Assembly: GCF_030144855.1 (NCBI RefSeq)
Contig: NC_082709.1
Location: 38,130,001 to 38,194,000 of the forward strand
DNA length: 64,000 nucleotides
Direction of reading: 5' to 3'
Origin: Hypanus sabinus
Taxonomy: Eukaryota
Shown: in pieces, positions 39,023-51,320 of the stretch
Numbering within the stretch: position 1 is the first letter of the stretch
Layout of the letters: each line of letters begins with the position of its first letter
The notes under the pieces: model-generated
What the model was told of the DNA's origin: nothing
The model's database searches: none
What the model saw: the letters and a program-made list of their open reading frames with translations, nothing else
Translations under genes and position numbers: made by a program

Positions 39023-40550
39023 GTTAGTGTTGGCAAGTAGTGGGTACTTGAAGGCATATGATGAAATAGAGCCAAGGTAGCATGGTTACCTTAAGGTGAA
39101 ATCTTGCCTGACAAATCTGTTGGAATTCCTTGAGGAAATAACAGGTAGGATAGACAAAGGAGAGTCTGTAAATGTTGTTTACTTCTGTTTTCAGAAAGCC
39201 TTTGACAAGTTGCCATGCACGAGGCAACAAACAAGATAAGAGCCCATAGTATTACTGGAAAGGTACCAGCTTGCGTTGGCTGACTGACAGGAGATGAAGA
39301 GCATGAATAAAGGGGGCCTTTTCGGTTTGGCAACCAATGACTAGTATTCTGCAGGGGTCGGTGTTGGGACCACTTCTATTTACGCTTTATGCCAATGATT
39401 TAGATTCAGAATGGATGGCTTTGTGGATAACATGAAGGTAGATAAATACATAGATAAAGGGGCATGTGGTATTGGGGAAGCATGGAGTCTGCAGAAGGAC
39501 TTGGACAGATTGGGAAAATGGAAAAAAAGGTAGCAGAGAGAATATAGTATTGGGAAGTGTCTGGTCATGTACCTTGGTAGAAGGTAGAAGAATCATTCAC
39601 TTCAAGAGGACTAGAATACAAAAGCAAGGATGTAATACAGTACTTGGGCTTTATAAGGCATTGTTCAGGCTGCACTTGGAGTTTTGTGACCAGTTTTGGG
39701 CCCCTTATTTAAGAAGAGATGTCCTGGAATTGGAAGTTCATGGGAATGAAGGGGTTAACATGCGAGAAGCTTTTGATGTCTCTTGAGCCTGTACTAGCTG
39801 CAGCTTAAAAAAGAATGAGGGGTGATCTTTTTGAAACCTATCAAATATTGTTAGTTAGAGAAGTCTAGGATCAGAGGGCACAACTTCAGAATAAGGGAAG
39901 TTGCTTTACAGCAGAGATAAGGAAGAAATTCTTCAGCCAGAGAGTGGTGAATCTATGGAATTTATTTCCATAGACTGTTGTGGAGGCCAAGTCATTGGGT
40001 ATACTTAGAGTGGAATTTAAAATGTTATTGATTACTTTATTGTCGCCAAACAATTGATACTAGAGCGTACAATCATCACAGCAATATTTGATTCTGCGCT
40101 TTGCACTCCCTGAAGTACAAATCAAAGTAAATATAATAAAAATGTAAATTATAAATCATAATTAGAAAATAGAAAAGGGAAAATAAAGTAGTGCATGTCA
40201 GGTCTGGATATTTGGAAGGTACGGCCCAGATCCGGGTCAGGATCCGTTCAGCAGTCTTATCACATTTGGAAAGAAGCTGTTCCTAAATCTGGCCATATGA
40301 ATCTTCAAGCTCCTGAACCTTCTCCCAGAGGGAAGAGGGACAAAAAGTGTGTTGGCTGGGTGGGTCGTGTCCTTGCTTATCCTGGCAGCACTGCTCTGAT
40401 GGTGTGCAGTGTAAAGTGATTAGTAAGGACATCAAGGATTACAGAGAGAAGGCAGAAGAATGGCATTGACAGGAATAATAATTCAGCAATGTGGAATGGT
40501 GGAACAGGCTCAGTGGGCAGAAATGGTCTGATTTTGTTCCTGTCTTATGT
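39023..40550 (+). mobile_element. CR1 LINE fragment nested in Rex1
   Basis: tcttgcctgacaaatctgttggaattc, tttcagaaagcctttgacaag, LYKALFRLHLEFCDQFWAPYLRRDV. Confidence 0.85.
40015..40416 (-). mobile_element. Rex-type LINE 3' fragment nested in CR1
   Basis: Interrupts CR1 between gagtgga and tgattagtaagg; contains gaaagaagctgttcctaaatct shared with other Rex tails. Confidence 0.62.
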
Positions 40551-41841
40551 AAAGGGTGGGCATCAACCTATCAATCGTGAACCCAGCACATTGATGAAAT
40601 CATGATGAAGCTATCCCAATAGCTCCACTTCGTTATTTATTTGAGAATATTTGACGTTTCCATAGACTCGTTTGTTTGTTTTTTTCTAAAAAAGCACAGA
40701 CATATGGTGGGGAGAATTCTAACTGGTTGCATCAACACCTGGAATGGAAGATCCATTATGCAGGATCAATAGAGGCTGCAGTGGATGTGGTCTCAGCCAG
40801 CTTCATCGCAGGCACCATCTTCCCCACCATTGAAAGCATCTTCAAGAGCTGGTGCCTCAAAAAAAAAGGCTATAACCATCATTTAGGACTCACACCATCT
40901 AGGACATGTCCTCTTCTCATTATCAACACCAGGGAGGAGGTACAGGATGACCTACACTTAATATTTTAGGAAAAGCTTCTTGCTTTCCACCATCAGATTT
41001 CAGAATTGTCCATGATCTCATTTGTTATTCCTCTTTTGCACAATTTATCTTTTGTAACTCAGTGACTTTTCTTTATGTATTGCACTTCACTGCTGCCACA
41101 GAAAAAAAGTAATTTCACAACATGTCATTGATAATAAACCCGATTCTAATTCCACCATTCAAAATGCGGGAGGAACTCAGCCAGTCAGGAGGCCCCTATA
41201 GAGGTAAATAAACAGTATGTTTCTCATCAAGAGTCTTCATCAGAACCTGATGATAAATTTCACCAGCATAATTTCGTCCCCTTTTTTCATCTTAACACCT
41301 GCCACATTTTTTGCAGAATTTAAAGAACAGACAGAAAATAATCAGATCTCCTTCTCCTATCCAGCTCTTCGATATAGAAAGCCTCTGGTTTATGTTCAAA
41401 CCTGTAGTGGAATTCAGAGGAGCATTGTATAATATTACACACCAACACCATTTGCTCAGTAAAATATGTAGATATTACTTCTGTCAAGATCTGGGACAGA
41501 CTAAACCAGCTAACTTGTTGAGAGGGAGGTGGACAGAAATAAAGGGATAAAAAGAAAGGAGAGAAGAGGGAAGAGCGAGTAAAGGAAAGAGTTTGAGAGA
41601 GAGCATGGGAGAGAATGTGTGAATCACTATCCAATCTGTCGTCGGAGCAGCTTGTAATATAGTGAGTGGTGTTCTCATACGTACATGGTGGAGCAAAAGG
41701 AATGCAGGTGCTGATATTTCAGTCAACTGGATGGTATGCAATGGCCCAGGTCTGTTTGGACCACATCTTTTAAAAAAAACATAGCTACCACGAGTATTGA
41801 GATCTTTCTTTCACACACCGTTTAAAGCACTTTATTTAAAT

Positions 41842-42570
41842 CAAGAGATTATGCAGATGCTGGAAATCCAGAGTACACATACAAATGCTGGAGGAACTCA
41901 GCAGGTCAGGTGGTGTCTATAGATATGAAAAAAAGAGTCAAAGCTTTGGGCCATCAGGACTGGAAAGGAAGGGCAAAGATGCCAGAATAAGGTGGTGGGG
42001 TGGGGGGAGGGGGGAGAAGGAGGGCAGGCTTGGTGATAGGTGAAGCCAAGAGGATGGAGGAGGGCAATGAAGAAAGAAGCTGAGAGGTGGTAGATGGAAA
42101 AGGCAAAGGGCTGAAGAAGGAATCTGATAGGGAAGGAGTCAACCATGGAAGAAAAGAAAGACAGAGGGGCACTGGGGAAGGTGATAGGCAGGTGAAGAGA
42201 AGCAATAAGAGCAGAAAGTGGGGAATTAAGGTGAAAGGGAGAGGGGCAAAAAAAAAACAAACTGGAATTCGGGTCTACCTCAGGTCGAGGCCACATTGGA
42301 TACAGGAGACAATTCCAACAGATTCCTAGGTAAAGCATTACCTCTTCTTCAAGGACTGTCTGGGGCCTTGAATGGAGGTGAGGGAGAAGGCGAGTGGCCA
42401 GGTGTAGTACCTCTTCCACTTGCAGGTGTAGTACAAGGAGAGAGATTAGTGCGGAGGGATGAATAGACAAGAGAGTCAGAGGGTGCAATCCCTGCAGGAA
42501 ACGGAGCGCAGGGGTAGGTAAAGATGTGTTTGGTGGCAGGGTCCTGCTAAGATGCCAGAAGTTGCAGAGA
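41842..42570 (-). mobile_element. PLE 3' part plus terminal repeat
   Basis: Reverse complement of sequence similar to 50500-51320; full tail gattatgcagatgctggaaatcc. Confidence 0.8.
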
Positions 42571-43009
42571 AACATTGAGTTATTCATTTCCATAGGAAGC
42601 ACTTTACTTACTAGATTACTTCCAGCCCTCAATTTCTAAATAACCGATTCAGCAACTTTCTCCCTACTCCCCTACACCACCCAGCATTTCCAGCCTCTAA
42701 TAATATTAACTGATAAATAGTGTGAAACCAGCCGTGCCTTTTGCCCATCCTGTTCCAACATGCTGATAGTTATCACTGGAATGTTTGTCTGCAGAGTTTA
42801 AGGCAAATTGATCTCATGCTGTTTAGCATGCAAACGAGATTGTAGAAAACTGTTCCGTTTGTCTAATGTTAACAGTTACACAATCCTGGTGATGACAACA
42901 GTGAAATAATGCAGATTTTAGGGAGGTTGAGCCAGCAGGTTTACAAGTAGATGATGGGTGTAACATGAATGTAAGGAAGTACAAGCTAATGATTGTGTAC
43001 AAATGCAGA

Positions 43010-46000
43010 CAGAGCAGAATTAAATTGTACCACAGAGGCAAAATTCAAAAAGGGCGAAGAAGGCAGGACTGTAGGTGCTGTATTTAAATATCTGTAGCAC
43101 TTGGAATAAGGTAGTCAAACTCGCAGCGCCATTAGAGATCAGTCAGTATGACGTTGTGGGCATCACTGAGTCGTGGCTTGAAGAGGGCCATAGTTTGGAG
43201 CATAACATCAAAGGATATACTTTGTATTGAAAGGACAGGCAGGAAGGGATAGGTGGCTCTGAATTACATCTTTAAAAAGAGGTGACACAGGGTCAAAGAA
43301 TGTTGAATCTTTGTGGGAATTAAGAAACTGCAAGGGTAAAAGAACATTATAGGAATCATATACAGGCCTCCAAATAGCAGCCAAGATGTGGGGTTAAGAT
43401 TGCAAAAGGAGCTGGAAAAGGCATGTAATAAGGGTAATTGTCACAATTGTAATGAGGGAACTTCAATATGCAAGGGGATTGGGAAAAATCAGGTTGGTGT
43501 CAGATCACAAGAAAGGGAATTGTTAAATGCCTATGAGATAGCTTTTTAAGTGCAGCTTATGTTCGGGCTTACTTGGGGAAAGTCCATCGTAGATTGGGCA
43601 TTGTGTAATAACCCAGGCCTTATTAGAGAGATCAACATAAAGGAACCCTTCAAAGGCAGTGATCATTATATGATTGAATTTATACTGCAATTTGAGAGAG
43701 AGAAGCACAAGTCACATATATCAGTATCACACTGGAATAAAGGGAATTACAGCGGCATGAGCAAGGAGCCTGCCCAGGTGGATTGGAGGAGGGTACTGGT
43801 GGGGGTGATAGCTGAGTAGAAGTCTCTGGGAAAAGTTCACAAAGCACAGGGTGGATATGTCCCACAGAAGTAAAGGTTCTCAAATAGCAGGGGTGGACAA
43901 CCGAGGCTAACAAAGGAAGTTAAGGTCTGCATAAAAGCCAAGGAAAAGGCATCTCAGGTCGCAAAAGTGATGAGAAGTTGGATGATTGGGAAGCCCTTAA
44001 AATCAAACAAAAGGCAACTAAAACAGCTACAAGAAGGGAAAAGATTAAATATGAGAGGAAACTAGCTAATGATCTGAAGCAGGATACTAAAACATTTTTC
44101 AGTTATATAAAACAGTAAAGGGAGGAGGTAGTTGATATTGGACCACTGGAAAATGATGCTGGTGATGTAGTAATAGGGAACAAAGAAATGGCAGATGAAA
44201 TGAATGAGTATTTTGCATCAGTCTTCACTGCAGAAGACACTAGCAGTGTGCCAGAGGTCCTTGAGTGTCAGGGAGCAGGAGTGAGTGCCATTGCTATTAC
44301 AAAGGGAAAAAGTGCTAGGTAAACTTAAAGTTCTTAAGGTGAATAAGTCACCTGGACGAGATGAACTACGAAATAGTCCGGAGAGAGGTTGCTGTACAGA
44401 TAATGGATGCACTGGTCATGATCTATCAAGAATCATTTGATTCTGGCATGGTCCAGGAAGACTGGAAGATTGCAAGTGTCACTCCAGTCTTTAAGGGAGG
44501 AAAGCAAAAGAAAGGAAATTATAGGCCAGCTTGCTTACCCTCAGTGGTTTGAAAAGTGTTGGAATCCATTATTAAGGACAAGGTACTTGGAGACTAATGA
44601 TAAAGTCAGCATGGATTATATAAAGTGAAACTTTCCCTGACACATCTGTTAAGAGTTCTTTGAGGAAGTAACAAACAGGGTGGACAAAGGAGAGACAGTG
44701 GATGACATTTACTTGGATTTTCAGAAGGCATTTGATAAGATGTCACACATGAGGCTGCTTAACAAGATAAAATCATATGGTGTTACAGGAAAGATATTGT
44801 CTTGGATAGAGGAATAGGCTGACATACAGGAAGCAGTGACTGGGAATAAGGGGGGCCTTTTTTGGTTGGCTGCCAGTGACTAGTGGTGTTCCTCAGGAGT
44901 CAATATTGGTACTGTTACTTTTCACATTGTTTGTCAATGATTTGGATAATGGAATTGACTGCTTATGACAAAGTTCGCAGATGATACAAAGGTAGGTGGA
45001 GGGGTAGGTAGTGCTGAGGAAGCAATGCATTTGCAGCAGGACTTAGACAAATTGGAAGAATGGACAAAAAATGGCAGTTGGAATAGTGTTGGAAAATAAG
45101 ATAATGCATTTTTGCAAAATGAATAATAGCACAGACTTATCTAAATGGAGAGGAAATACAAACAAAGGTGGAAAGGAAAACAGTCCTCGTGGAAGATATC
45201 CAGAAGATTAATTTGCAGGTTGAATCTGTGATAAAGGCAAATGCAATGTTGATATTTATTTCAAGGGGAATAGAATATAAAAGCAAGGAGATAATACTGA
45301 GGCTTTATAAGACACTGGTCTGGCCACAGTTGGAGTACTGACTGCAGTGTTAGCCCGCATATCTCAGAAAGGATGTGTTTCTCCCAGGACGTGCTGGGAG
45401 AGAACCCAGCAAAGGTTCACAAGGATGATTCCGGGAAGGAAGGGGTTAACATACGAGGAGCAGTTGGCAGCTTTGACCTATACTCATTGCATATTAGAAG
45501 AATGTGGGGTGATTTCATTGAAACCTATTGAATGTTGAAAGGACGAGATAGGGTGGATGTGGAGAGGATGTTTCCTATGGCAGGGTATCCAGAACTAGAG
45601 GACACAGCCTCAAATTTCAGAATCAGGTTTATTATCACCAGCATGTGACATGAAATTTGTTAATTTAGCAGCAGCAGCTCAATACAATACATAATCTAGC
45701 AGAGAGAGAAAAATAAATAAAATAAAACATAAATGAACAAGCAAATCAATTACGTATATTGAACAGATTTTTTTAAATGTGCAAAAACAAAAATACAGAA
45801 TATTAAAGGTGAGGTAGCGTCCAAAGCTTCAATGTCCATTTAGGAATCGGATGGCAGAGGGGAAGAAGCTGTTCCTGAATTGCTGAGTGTGTGCCTTCAG
45901 GCTTCTGTATCTCCTACCTGATGTAACAGTGAGGAAAGGGCATGCCCTGGGTGCTGGAGGTCTTTAACAATGGACGCCGCCTTTCTGATTTGAGGGGCAA

Positions 46001-46220
46001 ATCTTTTACAACAGAGGAAAGAATGATTTTTTTAGCCAGAGAGTAGGAAATCCGTGGAATGCTTTGCTATAGACCGTGATGGAGGCCAAGCGCATTTAAG
46101 GTGGAAGTTGATAGTTCCCTGATAGTTCCTTTGGTGAGAAGGCAGAGGTATGGGGTTGAGTGGGATCTCGGATCAGCCATGATGGAAAGGCAGAACAGAC
46201 TTGATGGGCTGAGTGGCCTA
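43010..46220 (+). mobile_element. Near full-length CR1 ORF2 relic (APE endonuclease plus RT), many stops and frameshifts
   Basis: DNA for VLYLN, GITESWL, YRPPN, GSDHYMIEF, EDWKIASVTPVFK..NYRP, DFQKAFDK, GVPQ, KFADDTK; CR1 3' UTR. Confidence 0.93.
45618..45987 (-). mobile_element. Rex1/Babar 3' fragment nested in CR1
   Basis: cagaatcaggtttattatc tail; gatggcagaggggaagaagctgttcctg; possible ATTT TSD. Confidence 0.75.
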
Positions 46221-46629
46221 CAGAGAAATCTTGCCCTTTTCCTCCCAACTGTAAACTGCTATTCACTCTTCCTAATATCAGCAGCAAACATACAAGGACC
46301 ATTTACAGAACTCCTTTGTCTGTTGTTCTAACAGAATCGTAAATATATTTAAAATCTATTCATGTCCTTCAGCCCTCAAAGAAATGCCATGCAAACAAGT
46401 ACTTATTTGCTTTTTGCAAAAACAATAATCTGTATCATAATATGAAAAAAAAAATTCTTACTCGTTCCAGTTTCTGTGTCAATTGTTTGACAGGATTGAA
46501 AGTAGGTTGAATTGAATTAATTAGATATTCATTGCAATCTGGAAAGTGGAAATTGGAACAAACCAGAGACAAAAGAAACAGTAATGCTAAAATCTGAAGC
46601 AAAATACATACTCCTCAAGATTAGATGGT

Positions 46630-47312
46630 ATCCATGGAGGGAAATAGGCTCGAGAGGCCCAATCCTCCCCACCATTGAGGGCATCTTCAAAAGGAGATAC
46701 CTCAAGAGGGTAGCACCCATCATTAAGGACACTGTCCATCTGGAACATGCCCTCTTCTCATTGCTAATACTGGAAAGGAGCTTAAAGATCCCCTCTCAAC
46801 AGTTTAAGATCAGCTTCTTTCTCTCCACCATCAGTTTTCTATATGGTCCATGAGCACAACCACACGATTCATCTTTTGCAGTATTTACTTATTGTAAGGG
46901 TAGCAATACGTCTCTACCAAAGGAGGTAGAAGGCACTCCTTCCGTCCACTACCCTTTCAGTCTCCCTTAGGCAAGGTGCATGTGAAACCATAGCAACAGG
47001 TGGTGGATAGTCGTATGAGCAGCTGGTGCCTGGACAAGAGTTGGTTACGTGACCACCGACGCGAGGCAGACAATATCTGAAGAGTACTGGGAAAGACACT
47101 GCCCAGAAGGCAGCAATGACAAACCACTTCTATAGAAAAATGTGCCAACAATCATGGTCATCCAATCATAATCGCCTACATCATACAACATGACACATAA
47201 TGATGATAATGATTTATTGTAACACTAATTTTAATGAATTGCACTGTACTGCAACCACAAGACAAATTTGACAACGTATTGTATGTCAATGAAAATAAAC
47301 TTGATTCTGATT
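46630..47312 (+). mobile_element. Rex1/Babar 3' fragment interrupted by a short element
   Basis: LPTIEGIFKRRYLKRVAPIIKD..HALFSLL; tail aataaacttgattctgattctg. Confidence 0.65.
46898..47213 (+). mobile_element. Short RTE-tailed retroposon (SINE-like)
   Basis: 9-bp TSD TTATTGTAA (46889-46897, 47214-47222); gaaggcagcaatgacaaaccact resembles the RTE/BovB-type 3' motif; (tga/taa)n tail. Confidence 0.62.
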
Positions 47313-48719
47313 CTGGGCAGTGGACATTTAGGGTGGAGACCATTCATTTGGACAAAGTTAGATGGGATGTAACCAGTAGAAAGAGGTGGTTCAAGAGCTG
47401 GCAAGCAAAAGGTGGATCAGATGAGGAGGGATGATAAGCAGATGGAGGAGGGAAGAGAGGAAATCACAATAGTGGCAGAGAAGAGATGGAGAGAACGTGT
47501 AACAAGCAGTACTCTATCAGGTACAAGGCTGTGTAAAAGCATTATTTGTTTCTTGTTCTGAAGATGGTGCCAGACTAGTGAGCACACCATAGTTCACACA
47601 TAAATGGACAGATGTCCCCGCTGATAAATGCTCAGTAGAATAAAAGTTGAATTTGCAACAAAGGAGTTTTAGAATTATATTTAATGTAAACTAACCAAAT
47701 GGATCGAATACTCAAGCCACTTAAATTGCTGGTGTCAATTAAGAACAAAGCCAAGTTTGCCACTTTCTCAAACCAGTGACAAAGGCTGGCGGATGGGAAT
47801 CAGGCAAATACAGATGTTTGCAGAAATGAGGAACAGAGAAACAGAAATGAGTAAGGAAAGTATTGGAGGTTCTTTGTAATGACAGACATCCAGGGCAGGG
47901 AAGGCGCAAGGTTTTTTACCTTCACTGCACGCTGAATCTTAACTAAACATACAGTAATAGCAAAGTACTTCTTAGATTCTTTTCCCCAGTTGCCACTCTC
48001 CTCAACAGGTTTGTTAGTTGAGCACAAGTCAGCCCCTGGAAGAGCTTTATGCCAGGAAACTGAAATAAATATTCATCTTCTCATGAGACACCTTTGGCTG
48101 TAATAAAAATCTTTGGCTGCAAAAAGTTAAGAACATTTCCCCCCTCCCCACATACAAACACCTCTGGTAAACCTGTAGCAAGCCTGCAAAAAAATGACAC
48201 TGCTTCACATACTCTGTAGCCTTGCCACCCACTAATCGAAACTGGGCTCAGGGCCCTCGGCCAGTCTTTCTTACTTCCAAAGAGGGAAATGGTCAGGCAT
48301 CTGGGAAGAAAAAAAAATACCCACTTGCCAATACAATCACAGTAATCCTCATTCAGTTCCCCAGATGGTTTTGATTTATTCATCTATTAAAGTGCACATT
48401 TACGTTTTTGTGTTCTTCTCAGAAGTGAGCCTTCCCTACCTCAAGATGACATCTGAATGGACCAAATATCTGACCTAGTCAAAACTGCTCACCCTCATTT
48501 ATTTTTCATTCCAGTTAAAAGTCATCTGCCAGTACCTTGATCAAAGTCCAATGCTTTATCTATAAAAGAGTTCAGCAGTGATCAAATTTTGATTGTCCTG
48601 AAAAAATCCAGTGCTGTTTCTCTGAATCCCTCACAGTATTCCAACATTAATCTCATTATGCAATTCTCCCAGTATGCTTCCAGACAAGCCCCTCCTGATT
48701 AAACTTAGTCTTCATAGCT

Positions 48720-51320
48720 TTTTTTTGGGTGGAGCACAAGAGACCCTCCAAACCCTTGTCTCACAGGCTCCACCATCACCTCTTAGCTCCTCTATTGCCC
48801 TCCCACCCTCCCTTCCCTGAACACCCCAACTCTTCCCTCTCTTGCACCGCCACAAACTCTCTTCGCCCCCTCCAATCCTTGCCCTATCTTCGCCATTCCC
48901 TCTCTCACTCCCCTTTCTCAGGCGGAATGTTCTGCACTCAGCAAGAGCTATACCTTTGTCCCTTTTTGCCCACAACTCTGAGTTCCATGCTCGTCACAAC
49001 ACCAAGCTTTTTTCCTGTCGTCTATGTCCCAAGCCTACGTCTTTGGAAGGAATTCTACACCCTGCACCAATGATCCTTTCCTAGTCTCTAAACCTCCTTC
49101 TCTTCATGGAGGCCCACTCTGATTCTCTCCCTGCTCTGGATCTTCCCATCTTGAATGGCCAACGAGGTATCAACCCACTCAACTTCAGCACTCTTCTCCC
49201 CTACTCAAACCTTAACCCCGCTGAACGCATTACCATCCACTCTCTCCACCCCAATCCCAATCTTACTATTATTGTCAAGGGGGGTGCTGTTGTAATGGAG
49301 TGGACTGACCTCTGCCATGCTAAGGCCAGGCAGCAACTCTCAGAACTTTCCTCATACCCAACACTTGAAGAGGACCTCACTCAAACCACCAGTAAACTGT
49401 CTCCACCACCATCACTGATGTCATCAACTCTGAAGAACTCCCATTCCACTGCCAACGAGCACATAAATCCCTTGTACTTCATTTCCCACTTCTACGTCCT
49501 ACCCCAAGATCCAAAAACTTGACTGTCCAAGTAGACCCATTGACTTTGCCTGCTCCTGCCCCATTAAACTAGTGTCCTCATACCTCGAATCCCATTCTAT
49601 CCCCCTTGGCTCAGACCCTTCCCGCAACACTTCTAACGCTCTCAATCTCCTCTCTAGCTTTCAATTCCCTGGCCTCAACTGCCTCATTTTCTCTATAGAT
49701 GTCCATTCCCTATACAATTCTATCCCCTATCAAGAAAACCTTAAAGTTCTCTGCTTCTTTCTCAATATAACAAGTAACCAGTTCCCCTCTAACACCACCA
49801 CCATCCTTCTGGCAGAAATGGTCCTCACCTTCAACTAGGTTTCCTTTGGTTCCCCCAACACTTTACAGACTTAAGCTGTAGCCATGGACACCTATGTGGG
49901 CCCCACCCATCCCTGCCTTTTCATCAGCAACTTAAAAACTTTGTAGAACAGTCCACGTTCCAAGCATTGCCCAGTAATGCTCCCCAGCTCTTCATCCACT
50001 ACATTGACAACTGCATGGGTGCTGCTTCATGCACTCATGCTGAGCTTGTCAATTTTATTAACTTTGCCTCTAACTTCCAACCTGCCCTTAAATTCACTTG
50101 GTTCATTTCTGACACATACCTCCCCTTTCTCAATCTCTCTGGTCGTCATCTCTGGAGGCAAGCTATCAACTGACATCTTTTATAGACCTACCAATTTCCA
50201 TGGTTATTTTGATTATTCCCCTTCCCAACCCGAATCCTATAAAAATGTTATTCCCTTTTCCCAGTTCTTTCATTTCTACCGCATCTGTTCCCAGGATGCA
50301 GCTTTTCTTTTAAGGACATCAGGAATGCCCTCCTCCTTCAAAAAAAGGTGTTACCTTCCCTTCACCATTGATGCAGCCCTCACCCGCATCTCTTCACTTC
50401 CCCAACATCTGCGCTCACACCATCTTCCCGCTGCCTTAACAGCGATAGCGTTCCCCTTGTCCTTATGTACCATCCCATGAGCCTCCGCATCCAATGCATC
50501 ACTCTGCGACTTCTGCTTTCTCCAAAGGGATCATACCACCCAGCATATCTTTATCTCCCCCCACTCCACTTTCTGTAGGATCACTCTCCCTGTGATCATT
50601 TTTCCATTCGTCCTTCCCCACTAACCTACCACCCAGCACATATCCGTGCAAGAAATGTGACACCTGCCCATTCTCCTCCTCCCTCACCTCCATTCAGGTC
50701 CTTAAACAATCCTTCCACATGACGCAACACTTCACCTGCGAATTTGCTGGCGCTGTCTATTGTGTCCAGTGCTCCCAATGGGCCTCCTCTACCCATCGCA
50801 AATTGAGGAACTGCTTCATTGAACACCTCCACTCCATTTGCCAACAGTAGAACTTCCTGGTGACCAAACGGATTCCCATTCTGACATGTCAGTCCATGGC
50901 CTCCTCTGATGCCATGATGAGGCCACCCTCAGGGTGGAGGAGTAACACCTTATATTCCATCTGGGTAGCCTCCAACCTGAAGGCATGAACATCGATTTCT
51001 CTTTGCAGTAAAAAAAATTCCCTCCCCCGTCCCATTCCCCACTCTAGTCTCTTACCTCTTCTCACCAGCCGATCATCCTCCCCTAGGTCTCCTCCTCCTT
51101 CCCTTTCTCCTATGGTCCACTCTCCTCTCCTATCAGATCCCTTCCTCTCCAGCCTTTTACCTTCCCTCCCCACCTGACTTTACCCATCACCTCCTAGCTA
51201 TCCTCTTTACCTTCAGCCCACCTTTTTGTTTTGGCATCTTCCCTCTTCCTTTCCAGTCCTGAAGAGTGTCATCCCAAAACGTGAACTGCTGAGTTCCTTA
51301 AGCATTTTGTGTGTGTTGCT
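48720..51320 (+). mobile_element. Long Penelope-like retroelement relic (RT, Cys linker, GIY-YIG, terminal repeat)
   Basis: IFSIDVHSLYNSIP, AM(D)T..GP, HYIDN (from RYIDD), LSTDIFYRPT..VIPFSQF..RICS, KCDTC, VYCVQCSQ; decayed hammerhead at about 51253-51288. Confidence 0.9.

Larger units (their letters stand above)
38415..41150 (+). mobile_element. Rex1/Babar LINE split by a CR1 insertion
   Basis: ORF 38429-39019 LEPLQFAY..AQGCVL..LYSL..LVEWCQNNLTLNINKTK; resumes after about 40550. Confidence 0.8.

Noticed and set aside
41898-42632. Longest ORF in the track (244 aa)
   Set aside because: Low-complexity Pro/Ser/Leu/Phe read-through of the pyrimidine-rich PLE 3' region; not a host gene.
20317-48300. 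Strong-looking minus-strand splice acceptors at 48300, 31948 and 20317
   Set aside because: Could not be joined into a coherent reading frame; such motifs are expected by chance in AT-rich DNA.
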